Positions 1 through 9,119 of a stretch of 24,350 nt of DNA are shown in pieces. Source of the stretch: a virus (taxonomy: Duplodnaviria > Caudoviricetes); IMG/VR virus record IMGVR_UViG_3300023081_000080, positions 1 to 24,350 of that record; one strand, 5' to 3'. The notes below the pieces were generated by a model that ran no database searches, was not told the DNA's origin, and was given only the letters and a program-made list of their open reading frames with translations. A program made the translations under genes and the position numbers. Within the stretch, counting starts at the first letter, position 1. Each line of letters begins with the position of its first letter.

Positions 1-538
1 CTCCAGGAGGCATAAAGAAATTAAACTCCGAAACGTGTGTAAATTTAAAATTAATAGTACCTGGACTCTGCCAATGACTTAAAGGATTACGTTGTTGCCA
101 ACTAGGTTGTAACCATAACCATTTAACACCAGTTTTCTCAACTATTCTCCATGGCATATAAAACTTCATATGATGCATACCAGGCTTATGATCAGTGTAA
201 TCTTCAGCGGCATGGGTATGACTAGACATATATTTTGTTGGTAATACGTCCCAAGCAACCTTCCCGTCTAGATGTCGTTGTACTTCTATACTGGCCCAAC
301 TAGGTATTATAAATCCTTCTTTCATGTATCCTATAATAGCAGGACACGTTTTCATTGAGGCGATTTCTAATCCTTCTACATGAGTTTGGGGGTGTGTGTC
401 TGGCCTTGATGCTGGCATCTTCTTCCACCATTCAGGAATAAACTCACGTGACGGTCTAGGCTTAAACATATCGTAAGCGTGTTGGTCGTCAGTAAATAAA
501 TCTACTACAATTTTCTTTTGTTTAAATTTAAAAAACAT
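1..538 (-). CDS. Hypothetical protein, truncated by the left window edge (PEWWKK...TCPA...GFIIPSW type of phage protein)
   Basis: Not in the ORF track; translated by hand from the ATG at 538: MFFKFKQKKIVVDLFTDDQHAYDMFKPRPSREFIPEWWKKMPA...SMKTCPAIIGYMKEGFIIPSW... The frame is open to the window edge and starts 4 nt after the stop of the 543..1046 gene. Confidence 0.8.
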   Translation of the reverse strand, partial: MFFKFKQKKIVVDLFTDDQHAYDMFKPRPSREFIPEWWKKMPASRPDTHPQTHVEGLEIASMKTCPAIIGYMKEGFIIPSWASIEVQRHLDGKVAWDVLPTKYMSSHTHAAEDYTDHKPGMHHMKFYMPWRIVEKTGVKWLWLQPSWQQRNPLSHWQSPGTINFKFTHVSEFNFFMPPG

Positions 539-542
539 AGTT

Positions 543-1046
543 TTACCATAACAACGAAAAGTCTAATGTTTCCGTTGATCTTGAAACTTCCTTAATAAAA
601 AATGCACATGGTGGTTTAGGACCGTCATGTAAAGGTACGGTTAATAAGTGTCCAGGTTTCAGTTTTGGAAAATACCATTTAACATCTTGGTAAACATTAA
701 TTACATCAACAGGCATAAAGTCTGGTCTAAATCCACTCAATGGATTAAATGTGTAACTATCAAATCCTCTATCATTTAAACTTGTTAATGGTAAAATTTC
801 TAAGTCACCGTCCTCTGGAGAGCCAACAATCATGCTCCACTCTAATGGCATTTGAACTTGGAACTTGCCAATCTGTAATACAACAGCCGGCGAACTAAAA
901 CTTTCTAAATAGATTAAAGGTACAAAAAAATAATCAGGATCTTTAGGATCTGAATTATCTAATACGCTGTAACGGATATCTTCTGTTAGTTCTTTTGGTA
1001 AGTTATTCAAATCATAACTTTGATTATCTAATGTTAATATTTTCAT
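543..1046 (-). CDS. Hypothetical protein (167 aa), beta-rich, possible degenerate Hint-like fold
   Basis: ORF tiles tightly between the helicase (3 nt gap) and the next gene (4 nt gap). The fold suggestion is inference only. Confidence 0.85.
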   Translation of the reverse strand: MKILTLDNQSYDLNNLPKELTEDIRYSVLDNSDPKDPDYFFVPLIYLESFSSPAVVLQIGKFQVQMPLEWSMIVGSPEDGDLEILPLTSLNDRGFDSYTFNPLSGFRPDFMPVDVINVYQDVKWYFPKLKPGHLLTVPLHDGPKPPCAFFIKEVSRSTETLDFSLLW

Positions 1047-1049
1047 AAT

Positions 1050-2504
1050 TTAATCTATTGCAATCCTCTCTATTGTGAATGGGTACTTCGCTTCTTTGTA
1101 AAACTTTTTACGCTGTGTAAGATGGCGTTTGGCAAACTTACATCTGCTTGTGATATCCCATATTTGGACATGATCTTTGTCCTCTGCTTTTCTAATTCCT
1201 CTGCCAATTGACTGAATAACACGTACAAAAGACTTACCAGGCTCAATAAGAACAAGATTAAATATGCGAGGAATGTTAATACCAACTGCGGCAACACCAT
1301 AAGTTGCAATAATAACCTTATTAGTTGATTCTTTAATTTCATCATAATGCTCTTTACGTTCTTCACCTTTGGTTTCGCCAGAGATGAAGACACTTCCATT
1401 TATATTACATTGTAACATATTTCCTGCGGAAATCCTATCAACAAGTATCAAAGTATTACCACTTTGGCTAATTTTTTCAATCAATCTACCAATCCATTCT
1501 AAACGCTTTTCGCTCGTTGTTAGATATTTTAATTCTTCCTGGTATGTTTTGAACTCTTGTGTGTCATCAGTTTGAATAATATTAATATCACATTGTGCCA
1601 GTACACCCTTATCTTGTAAATCACTTGCACTAATATTGTTAATTACTTCTCCTAGTCCTGCTCTGATACCTTGGAACTCAAATTGTTCTTTGGGTATAGT
1701 TCCTGTTAATCCCCAACGAATTGGAACGTGTGCAAAGTTTTGTGTAAGTAGTTGCTTCAGAACATCTGCTTTTGCTTGATGAACTTCGTCAACAATAATG
1801 CAACGAACATCTGCCATTGCTTCTTGGAATGTAATTACTGCTTCTTGATTTTTTGTTTTCTTACTTAAGATATTCAAACTCTGCCAAGTACAGATGGTAT
1901 GTGTTCTGCCTAGTTCTTTTCTATCACCAAAGTAAACACCAACATCTAATCCGCAGTTTACATAATCTTCTTCTGTTTGTGTAACAAGACTTTTATTAGG
2001 TACAATCACAAGACTGCGTCCATATGGTTCACACAAATGAGATAATGTTGCAGTAATAATTGTTTTACCCGCACCTGTAGCAACTTCTTGTAATGATTGT
2101 GGGTTAGATAAAAAATTATTAACAACATCTAACTGATAATCACGTAAACGAATAGGTTGTCCTTCTGCTGGATGTCCTTTAGGCCAGCAAGTATCTCCCC
2201 AATAGTCTTCTTTAATATGATTAAATTTTAGTTCAGTAGGTTGTCTTTGATCTTCAACCTCAACGTATACACCTTTGTTTTCTAGTTCAACTAGCACTTC
2301 CTCTAGCATACTTACATAAGTAGTTCCACCGAGTCCGAAAAAACTAACGGTACCATCCCATCGTCCTAATTTATATGCTGGCAAGTAACGAGCATACGGA
2401 ATCTCATACTTAAATTTATTAGATAAATGTTTTCTCATTGAAAGGTCTAACCCTTCAAATTTTACATTTACTTCGTCTTTAATTACTAATTTACAAGATG
2501 CCAC
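1050..2504 (-). CDS. uvsW: Superfamily 2 DNA helicase, UvsW-like
   Basis: Q motif LRDYQ, Walker A ATGAGKT, motif Ia VIVPNKSL, DEVH box, motif III LTGT, motif V AAVGINIP and motif VI QSIGRGIR. GTG start abuts the upstream stop. T4-like recombination context (uvsX, uvsY, gp32). Confidence 0.88.
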   Translation of the reverse strand: MASCKLVIKDEVNVKFEGLDLSMRKHLSNKFKYEIPYARYLPAYKLGRWDGTVSFFGLGGTTYVSMLEEVLVELENKGVYVEVEDQRQPTELKFNHIKEDYWGDTCWPKGHPAEGQPIRLRDYQLDVVNNFLSNPQSLQEVATGAGKTIITATLSHLCEPYGRSLVIVPNKSLVTQTEEDYVNCGLDVGVYFGDRKELGRTHTICTWQSLNILSKKTKNQEAVITFQEAMADVRCIIVDEVHQAKADVLKQLLTQNFAHVPIRWGLTGTIPKEQFEFQGIRAGLGEVINNISASDLQDKGVLAQCDINIIQTDDTQEFKTYQEELKYLTTSEKRLEWIGRLIEKISQSGNTLILVDRISAGNMLQCNINGSVFISGETKGEERKEHYDEIKESTNKVIIATYGVAAVGINIPRIFNLVLIEPGKSFVRVIQSIGRGIRKAEDKDHVQIWDITSRCKFAKRHLTQRKKFYKEAKYPFTIERIAID

Positions 2505-3704
2505 TTAATTAATTCCTTTGATTAATGTAGTATTATACATTACTAATGGTTTATTTTCAAGATAAATTTGTGTTTTATAATGTGCAGGTTTGATTGCTAA
2601 ATCTACAATAATAATGTCTGCTTCTACATTATCTTTAACAAATGTTTTTGGAATACGCTCATTAGTAATTAACACCTTTTTATTTGGAGAATATTCGTTT
2701 ACGTTTTCGTTTTTAATAAATTCGTTTGCTTCTTTATCTTTTTTATATCTAAAACAAACAGCAATGTCATTTTCATTAATGCCATTGTCTTTTAAGTTTT
2801 TGATCCATAATTTAAGTTGCTCAGGATCGGCTGATTGAACAAATATAATTGTTGTTGCTGTTTTACTAATGGTATCAATTAACTCGCTTACAGGATACTT
2901 TCGAAAATCGATATTAACTTGAGTTTCATCACCAAGCATGATCTTATCATAGTACGTTTGCTTACCATATAACTCTACAATAGAATCGTCATACGCTACA
3001 CAACCTCTTTTTCTTGCCCACATAACAGCAGTCCGAACATCATTGATTGTAGCAAGATTGTTTTGTTCTTCATCAGATAATAAAATATTTTCTACATAAA
3101 ATTTATTATTGTATTTTAGAATAGGATAGTATTGTATTCCATCTTTTAATACTGCTTCTATTTGTTCATACTTGTCTAGAATTTCTCTATCAATTGAAAA
3201 GTTTTTTCCTTTAATTTGTTTGAACATAAAATCTAAATTAGGCTCATTATAATCAAAGTTCCATTCTTTTGTATCGGGTTGATAATCACCTCGCTTGTAA
3301 GGAACCTTTTTACGTTTTTTAAAAGCATTTACTAGGTCAGGAATAAATGGACTTTTACAAACAAGTTTCTCGCCGTCAACATAAATGCTTTTAGTTTTAT
3401 CAATTACTCTAAATGGATTTTTATATATTTTTTCAGCGAGAAGTTTTTCAATGTCAAATCCAACATTAGTTAATGCTCCTGAATACTTTTTAAGTAATCG
3501 CTCGGCAATAGTTCCTTGTTTTTCTGTAAGTGCTAACCCGCTATCTAACTGAGTTGCTAGGCTTCTAGCAATCGGATGATCATATGGCTGTATACTAATG
3601 GGTTCAAATACAAATCCTAATCCTATAGTTCCGCCACCGAGATATATTACAGCATCTTCGATGCAGTTGGTAAAATTATCTGGAAGTTGAAATATGTTAC
3701 TCAT
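2505..3704 (-). CDS. Hypothetical protein (399 aa) with a HARP-like segment, directly upstream of the helicase
   Basis: Long ORF with its own sigma70 promoter and AGGTG SD-like site; its stop abuts the helicase start. Residues ~114-150 resemble a HARP domain (inference). Confidence 0.85.
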   Translation of the reverse strand: MSNIFQLPDNFTNCIEDAVIYLGGGTIGLGFVFEPISIQPYDHPIARSLATQLDSGLALTEKQGTIAERLLKKYSGALTNVGFDIEKLLAEKIYKNPFRVIDKTKSIYVDGEKLVCKSPFIPDLVNAFKKRKKVPYKRGDYQPDTKEWNFDYNEPNLDFMFKQIKGKNFSIDREILDKYEQIEAVLKDGIQYYPILKYNNKFYVENILLSDEEQNNLATINDVRTAVMWARKRGCVAYDDSIVELYGKQTYYDKIMLGDETQVNIDFRKYPVSELIDTISKTATTIIFVQSADPEQLKLWIKNLKDNGINENDIAVCFRYKKDKEANEFIKNENVNEYSPNKKVLITNERIPKTFVKDNVEADIIIVDLAIKPAHYKTQIYLENKPLVMYNTTLIKGIN

Positions 3705-3748
3705 ATTGACTACGTCACCTATGTTTAATTTAAATTATTATACTATGT

Positions 3749-3776
3749 ATTATAGCACAAAATTATTTTTTTGCAA
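3749..3776 (-). promoter_or_regulatory. Sigma70-type promoter for the HARP-like/uvsW unit
   Basis: Minus strand reads TTGCAA-16 nt-TATAAT with an extended -10 (TGcTATAAT). A second TATAAT lies at 3737-3742 in the same intergenic gap. Confidence 0.65.
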
Positions 3777-4620
3777 GAACTAATTCCTGCAATTTTGGTA
3801 ATAATTGCAATAAAGGTTCACCATTTTGAATTTCTTCTAGTGTCCATTCCGTATATGCTAGGTCATTTAACCATTGTGTTCTATCAGGTTTTATTGGATT
3901 ATTAATTGTTGTAAGATCTTGATTACCTACATCCCAGGCCAAACTTTCCGGACCAACAAATACAGGAACTCCGCCAATTACTGCTTGGGTGGCAGGGTTA
4001 CTGCTCCAATTAACAACAGCATGGGCATTGTGAAAATCAAAATCAAAATCGTCGTATGATCCATCTATCTTTAAAGGAGTTTGTCTTGTTACATTAATAA
4101 ATTCTATTTCAATCCAATCAAGTCTTGATCTAGGATGTTCTCTAATTATGATAGGCTTGGCTGTGTATTTTCTAATAGTGTCAACGGTATTGTACACCCA
4201 AGTACTCGCTGGAGGCATATTACGCCATTGATGACTATGAGGATTTTGACAGCATATGATTATATCTCTACCTGTTTGCCACGGCTTTAATTCTAACCCA
4301 AACTTTTTTGCTCTGTCATCGGGTTTACCCTTTTCTCCGAAGTATGCTTCTCTATTAATACCATTGATTCCAACCTTCCAGGTTGAATTTCTTTTTATTC
4401 CGCCTACTTCTAAAACTATAACTGGAATATTATTTTTTTGACAATGATCCCATATCGCTTTATTTTTACTCATGCGACCGTTCCATAGTATGCTCCATAT
4501 AACAGCAACATCATAATCGTCATGTTCGATACATGCGTGTTTGGATAAACTTTTTGCGAAAGCATCAAACACGGGTACTGAATTTAATGCACCATTTTCT
4601 CTAAATAGTTTGAATCTCAT
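3763..4620 (-). CDS. KpsC/KpsS-like (Capsule_synth-type) GT-B glycosyltransferase-like protein, paralog 1
   Basis: Motifs IIICCQNP, IRKYTAKPIIIREHP, AVVNWSSNPATQAVIGGVPVF and DRTQWL..LAY..W...E are shared with three other island genes. Start moved to the ATG at 4620 (AAGGA SD upstream; MRFKLF...). Confidence 0.65.
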   Translation of the reverse strand: MRFKLFRENGALNSVPVFDAFAKSLSKHACIEHDDYDVAVIWSILWNGRMSKNKAIWDHCQKNNIPVIVLEVGGIKRNSTWKVGINGINREAYFGEKGKPDDRAKKFGLELKPWQTGRDIIICCQNPHSHQWRNMPPASTWVYNTVDTIRKYTAKPIIIREHPRSRLDWIEIEFINVTRQTPLKIDGSYDDFDFDFHNAHAVVNWSSNPATQAVIGGVPVFVGPESLAWDVGNQDLTTINNPIKPDRTQWLNDLAYTEWTLEEIQNGEPLLQLLPKLQELVLAKK

Positions 4621-5503
4621 CAACAAGTTCCTTATAGTCTTCCGATAGTCTGTAGTATTCACTAAAGAAAATATCAAACTCTAACATTATTTTTAACAAG
4701 GATTTGTCAATGCCTAAGTGTTTAACTTCTTTAGGTACGTGCCTTGCTTGTGTTTTTTTCTTTCCTACAGAGTTATTCCATGCACCCATTTCTTTTCCTG
4801 CTTGTGCAATTTGTTTATAACTTCTTCCTGTTTTTTCTTCCCAATGTTTAAGTTCAGTTAAACTTTCAAGTTTTAATAATCGCTGTTGTGTATTACCAAA
4901 GTAACTAAAATGCCAACCGCCGTCTTCGATTACAGGAGGTAGATTTTCTTGAAATGTTTTAGATTTTTTAAAAGTAATTATATCATTAATTAACGGACTT
5001 TCGCCTACTAAATTTTTTACAAGGCAACCTCTTGTTCCGTACCATTGATCACCGTATCTAGCACTCCAGTGAACATGGACCACACGATACATCTGTTTAA
5101 ATGCAAACCAATAGTTGTTGTTTGCTACTTCCTTTGCTTCATCTAACTTATCAATGCTCCAAAACTCATCAATGTCGCTGAATAAAAACAAGTCGTCATC
5201 GTTTGCAATTTCTTTTGCTATAAATGCCATAGCATTTTTAGTTCTTCCTTCGGGCCATTTCCATTTCTTACGATCGTTTGTCCATTCAACAGGATGCTCA
5301 ATAAATTTGTAAGTAATTTTGTCTTTTATATTTTGCGGAAGTTTTTCTAATAGTGTAGGAAATTTTTGATTATTAGGACCTGCTTTCCATGTTAAACTAC
5401 TTTCTGTAATAACAAAATGATCTACAACATCAGCATAATATCTCAATCGACTTTCTGCTAACTCATATTCATTAAAAAACACAAATGCATCAATAACCTT
5501 CAT
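4601..5503 (-). CDS. Glycosyltransferase family 17-like (beta-1,4-GlcNAc transferase, MGAT3-type)
   Basis: IDAFVFFNE..L...RL....DVVDHFVITES..T, FSDIDE (DxD) and GGWHFSYFG are hallmark GT17 motifs. Confidence 0.8.
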   Translation of the reverse strand: MKVIDAFVFFNEYELAESRLRYYADVVDHFVITESSLTWKAGPNNQKFPTLLEKLPQNIKDKITYKFIEHPVEWTNDRKKWKWPEGRTKNAMAFIAKEIANDDDLFLFSDIDEFWSIDKLDEAKEVANNNYWFAFKQMYRVVHVHWSARYGDQWYGTRGCLVKNLVGESPLINDIITFKKSKTFQENLPPVIEDGGWHFSYFGNTQQRLLKLESLTELKHWEEKTGRSYKQIAQAGKEMGAWNNSVGKKKTQARHVPKEVKHLGIDKSLLKIMLEFDIFFSEYYRLSEDYKELVDEIQTI

Positions 5504-6338
5504 TACTCATTTCCTTTATATAATTTTCTAATTTATGTTTAGGTTGCCATCCTAATTCTTTTGTCTTTTCTGTAACAACAGCAGAAGTCATTCGATTACC
5601 TTTTCTTTCCGGAAGCATTACAATATTACCATTAAACATTTTTGCAACTTCTAAAATACTAAATGACTCGTCACTACCAATGCCAAATTCGTCACCATGG
5701 CCTTGCTCTCCAATTAATACTAATGCATCGATGATATCACTTACGTGTGTAAAATTTCTTTTTTGCGTTCCTGGTGCAACTACCGTTAGTTCTTTTGTAT
5801 GTTTCATTTGCTCTATGAATAATGCAATTAATGTTGCATACTTGCCTTGTTTAATTTCTCTAGGACCGTATACATTATAAAAATACGAAATAGCATAAGG
5901 TAAATTATACCAGTTACCGTAGTTTTGTACCAGTTGTGTATTTGACGATTTGGTAAAAGCGTATGGAGAAGAGTTTGGACCCAAGTCACCGTATTTTGTA
6001 CTACTACCACTATAAACAATCTTGCAATTATGTTTTCTAGCAAATTCTAATACTTGGAATGTTCCAATAGAGTTATACTCATGTACGATATTAATATCAT
6101 CAAAACTTTGTTCAACTCTAGAATATTCTCCTAAATGATAAATCAAATCAGGAGATAATTTAACCAAACTATCAATGTTGTGTGTATTACCTTTTATGTA
6201 AGTAACACCTTCTACGTGATTATCTTCGGACCCAGTAAAATAGTTGTCAAGGCTATAAACAATATGCCCTAATTGCCATAATCTTTCACATAAATGGCTT
6301 CCGACAAATCCTGCTCCGCCTGTAACTAGTATTTTCAT
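5490..6338 (-). CDS. NAD-dependent nucleotide-sugar epimerase/dehydratase (extended SDR)
   Basis: ILVTGGAGFVG Rossmann motif, SGSS, catalytic YAFTK (YxxxK), YFYNVYGP, RNFTHVSD and LGWQPK. Confidence 0.9.
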   Translation of the reverse strand: MKILVTGGAGFVGSHLCERLWQLGHIVYSLDNYFTGSEDNHVEGVTYIKGNTHNIDSLVKLSPDLIYHLGEYSRVEQSFDDINIVHEYNSIGTFQVLEFARKHNCKIVYSGSSTKYGDLGPNSSPYAFTKSSNTQLVQNYGNWYNLPYAISYFYNVYGPREIKQGKYATLIALFIEQMKHTKELTVVAPGTQKRNFTHVSDIIDALVLIGEQGHGDEFGIGSDESFSILEVAKMFNGNIVMLPERKGNRMTSAVVTEKTKELGWQPKHKLENYIKEMSNEGY

Positions 6339-6363
6339 TATTTTTGGACCTTGTGTTCTACTG

Positions 6364-6386
6364 CTAAATATACGTATATTATTTAT
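6364..6386. promoter_or_regulatory. Overlapping opposed T4-late-type promoter boxes around a 14-bp palindrome
   Basis: Plus-strand CTAAATA at 6364-6370, minus-strand ATAAATA at 6386-6380 and the perfect palindrome AATATACGTATATT at 6367-6380, all in the only divergent intergenic gap of the window. Confidence 0.55.
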
Positions 6387-6397
6387 GGAGAAACTTG

Positions 6398-7216
6398 ATG
6401 GCTAGAAAATTTTCAGTTGTTACAACTTTCAATCAGAAAGGTTTAGAAACATACGGACAGCGTATGATTGATAGTTTTGAAAAGAACTGGCCAGACGATG
6501 TTTCATTATTTGTGTACACGGAAGATTGTACACCAAAAACCACAAAAAGCAATATTATAGTTAAGGATCTAATGGCAGATCCTTACATTCAAGCATTCAA
6601 ACACAAATGGAAAGATGTTGATAAAGCAAACGGCAGAGAGAATCCTAAAGGCAGAGTAGATTCGCATAAAGGGTTTAAATGGGACGCTATACGTTTTTGT
6701 CATAAAGTATATTCTATTTTTAATTGTGCAAAAATATTACATAGAGGTGAAACTGATGTATTAATTTGGATGGATGCTGATACCTATTGTCATAGTCCAA
6801 TGTCTGTTAGTTTCTTAGAAGAATTTATTCCTAGTGATAGCACTATAACATATTTTAGTCGAGAACCTAAATGGCCAGAGTGCGGGTTTTACAGCATGAA
6901 CTTACGTGACGATGTGTGTATTAGATTTTTAAGTAGATTCCAATGGGTATGGGATAACGCCGAAGAAGGAATTTTTACAATGAAGGAATGGCACGATAGT
7001 TATGTGTTTTACGAAATTGTAAAAGAGTTTAGAAGCGTAGAAGGTTTTAAAGAACATAGTTTAAGTAATGTATCGATCAAAGGAGAAGGTCATCCGATCA
7101 TCAATAGTAAAATTGGTGCTTACATTGATCACATGAAAGGTGATAGAAAATTTAGAGGTAAGTCAGACGCAAAAGATTTAAAGATCCAGAGAAACGAATC
7201 ATACTGGCGAGGCTGA
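6398..7216 (+). CDS. GT-A fold glycosyltransferase-like protein (DxD), paralog of 11696..12427
   Basis: VVTTFN..G...YG, NWP...L.VYTED, RFCHKVY, IWMDADT (DxD), ECGFY, WHDS.VF and HMKG.RK. ATG at 6398 has GGAG 7 nt upstream. Confidence 0.7.
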   Translation: MARKFSVVTTFNQKGLETYGQRMIDSFEKNWPDDVSLFVYTEDCTPKTTKSNIIVKDLMADPYIQAFKHKWKDVDKANGRENPKGRVDSHKGFKWDAIRFCHKVYSIFNCAKILHRGETDVLIWMDADTYCHSPMSVSFLEEFIPSDSTITYFSREPKWPECGFYSMNLRDDVCIRFLSRFQWVWDNAEEGIFTMKEWHDSYVFYEIVKEFRSVEGFKEHSLSNVSIKGEGHPIINSKIGAYIDHMKGDRKFRGKSDAKDLKIQRNESYWRG

Positions 7217-7222
7217 TTTATT

Positions 7223-7843
7223 ATGAAAGAAAGATACTTTCAACACTTCAGAGAAATATTATCTGAATTTCGTCCTGAAACTATATGTGAAATAGGAACG
7301 CATAATGCTAAAACAGCATTGCAAATAATTCAACATCTAGTCAAATTACAAATTAAACACAAATATACAGGGTATGATGCATTTGAACTTGCTAACAATT
7401 CTAGCGACCAAGAAGAAATAAACGGCAAAGGTCCAGGTGATTATAATTTAGTATTAAGCAAATTTAGAAAAATACAGAGCAATCTATTTTCTTTTGAGTT
7501 GCATCGGGGATGGACACAGGATACACTAACAGAAGCCGCGTATGATTTTGTGTTTATAGATGGTGGACATAGTTACGAAACGGTTAAATACGATCATAGT
7601 AAAGTTGAAAAAAGCAAAATTGTTATATTTGACGATTACGAAATTCCAGATGTTCAAAAGTATTTTGATGAATATGTTTGGAAAAATCAAATCGAACAGG
7701 TCGATTGGAATTTAAAAGAAATAAAAAAACAAAACAAAACGGTTTTTACGTTTATGCCTAGGGAAGATAAAAAGAAAGATTTTGTATTAGGATCTCCAGG
7801 AATGCACCTTCAACCGGTTATATTTAGAATGGAGAACGAATAA
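7223..7843 (+). CDS. Class I SAM-dependent methyltransferase (Methyltransf_24-like)
   Basis: ICEIGT motif I, GYD, DFVFIDGGHSYE and IVIFDDY. Confidence 0.8.
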   Translation: MKERYFQHFREILSEFRPETICEIGTHNAKTALQIIQHLVKLQIKHKYTGYDAFELANNSSDQEEINGKGPGDYNLVLSKFRKIQSNLFSFELHRGWTQDTLTEAAYDFVFIDGGHSYETVKYDHSKVEKSKIVIFDDYEIPDVQKYFDEYVWKNQIEQVDWNLKEIKKQNKTVFTFMPREDKKKDFVLGSPGMHLQPVIFRMENE

Positions 7844-8415
7844 TGTTAAAAATTAATTTTTCAGAGTGTACAAATTTAGAAGAAATGTATAATCTAGTAA
7901 TGCAAGAAATGCCTAAAGCACACGGTCCTGGATACGAAAAATACATATCAAAAATTAGAGAATTCATTAGAGAAAACAATATCAAAACATTTAGAGAAAC
8001 AGGAACCAACCAAGGATGTTCGACGGTGAGTGCTATGTTATCTAAACCAGAATACATTGAAACCATTGATAAAAATACATTAAACATCGCAAGAAGAGAA
8101 TTACTAGAAGAATATTGTAAAAAAGAAAATATTGAGTTTAGTGTAATTACATCAGATACCGGTGGATACTATCCTAAGAAACCTGTTGAGTTTACTTTTA
8201 TTGATTGTAAACATAAAAGAAAACACGTAATGGTTGTTTTTAATATACACAAAAATACAACTAGTAAATTTATAATGTTCCATGATACTAATCATCCTGG
8301 ACTTCCTGGTGTTAGTGTAGCAGTTAATGCAATTATTAAAGAAAACAAAAATACATGGGAAGTACACGAAATTAATACAGACAACGTTGGATATACAATT
8401 TTAAGGAAGAAGTAA
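7843..8415 (+). CDS. Class I SAM-dependent methyltransferase (Methyltransf_24-like)
   Basis: RETGTNQGCS, TID, FTFIDCKH, IMFHDT and PGV..AV. TAATG coupling at both ends. Confidence 0.72.
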   Translation: MLKINFSECTNLEEMYNLVMQEMPKAHGPGYEKYISKIREFIRENNIKTFRETGTNQGCSTVSAMLSKPEYIETIDKNTLNIARRELLEEYCKKENIEFSVITSDTGGYYPKKPVEFTFIDCKHKRKHVMVVFNIHKNTTSKFIMFHDTNHPGLPGVSVAVNAIIKENKNTWEVHEINTDNVGYTILRKK

Positions 8416-9119
8416 TGAAAAGATCCGGCGATTGGTTTGTAACTGATAGCGAACTTAGAAAAGCAAGACAGGCATTAGAACAACCAAAGAATAATATTAC
8501 ATGGGAAGGTGATTTTATCGACGACCTAATTAACCTTTCTAAAACTAAAGAAGTTGCACTAGACATCGGCGCTAACTTTGGCTTTTGTACATACAAGTTT
8601 AGTAATTTTTTTAAACAAGTAATTGGATTTGAACCGGTCAAAGAAGTTTATGATTGCTTGGTTGAAAATATAGACAAAGATAATTGTATATTGCATAACT
8701 ATGCATTAGGAAATAAATCAGATCTAGTTTTAATGTTGAATCAAAGAAAAAGGCAAGGACAAAATCAAATTATAGATAATGTTGTTGCTAAAGAAATGCC
8801 CTCTAAAAAATCTAAAGGATCTAAGTTTGAAATCATTGAAAACGTACAAGTGAAACCATTAGATGAACTTAATTTGCAAAATATATCTATGATAAAAATC
8901 GATGTTGAAGGTTTTGAAGGAAACGTTATAGAAGGCGCAAAGGAAACTATACGTCGAAATAAACCTATTATGGGTATTGAAAAAACTTCTATTGATAGTC
9001 TTTTTACAAAACGCGAAGTAAATATCGATAAGCAAATGGAAGAACTAGGTTACTTTCATTATAAAACATATGGAAAGCACAGCACAAATAATATCTATCT
9101 TCCTAAGGAGTATGCATGA
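8415..9119 (+). CDS. FkbM-family methyltransferase
   Basis: ALDIGANFG, VIGFEP, NYALG, LDEL, MIKIDVEGFE..VIEGA and KP...IE. Confidence 0.9.
   Translation: MKRSGDWFVTDSELRKARQALEQPKNNITWEGDFIDDLINLSKTKEVALDIGANFGFCTYKFSNFFKQVIGFEPVKEVYDCLVENIDKDNCILHNYALGNKSDLVLMLNQRKRQGQNQIIDNVVAKEMPSKKSKGSKFEIIENVQVKPLDELNLQNISMIKIDVEGFEGNVIEGAKETIRRNKPIMGIEKTSIDSLFTKREVNIDKQMEELGYFHYKTYGKHSTNNIYLPKEYA

Noticed and set aside
4621-4677. Longer upstream starts given in the ORF track (4677, 13808, 15239, 22362, 6395)
   Set aside because: They create long overlaps or lack an SD. Downstream ATGs (4620, 13748, 15218, 22332, 6398) have an SD or late-box context.
7223-9119. Methyltransferases as restriction-modification or anti-restriction DNA methylases
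   Set aside because: No DPPY/NPPY or C5-methylase motif set; they match small-molecule/sugar O-methyltransferase families and sit among GT genes.
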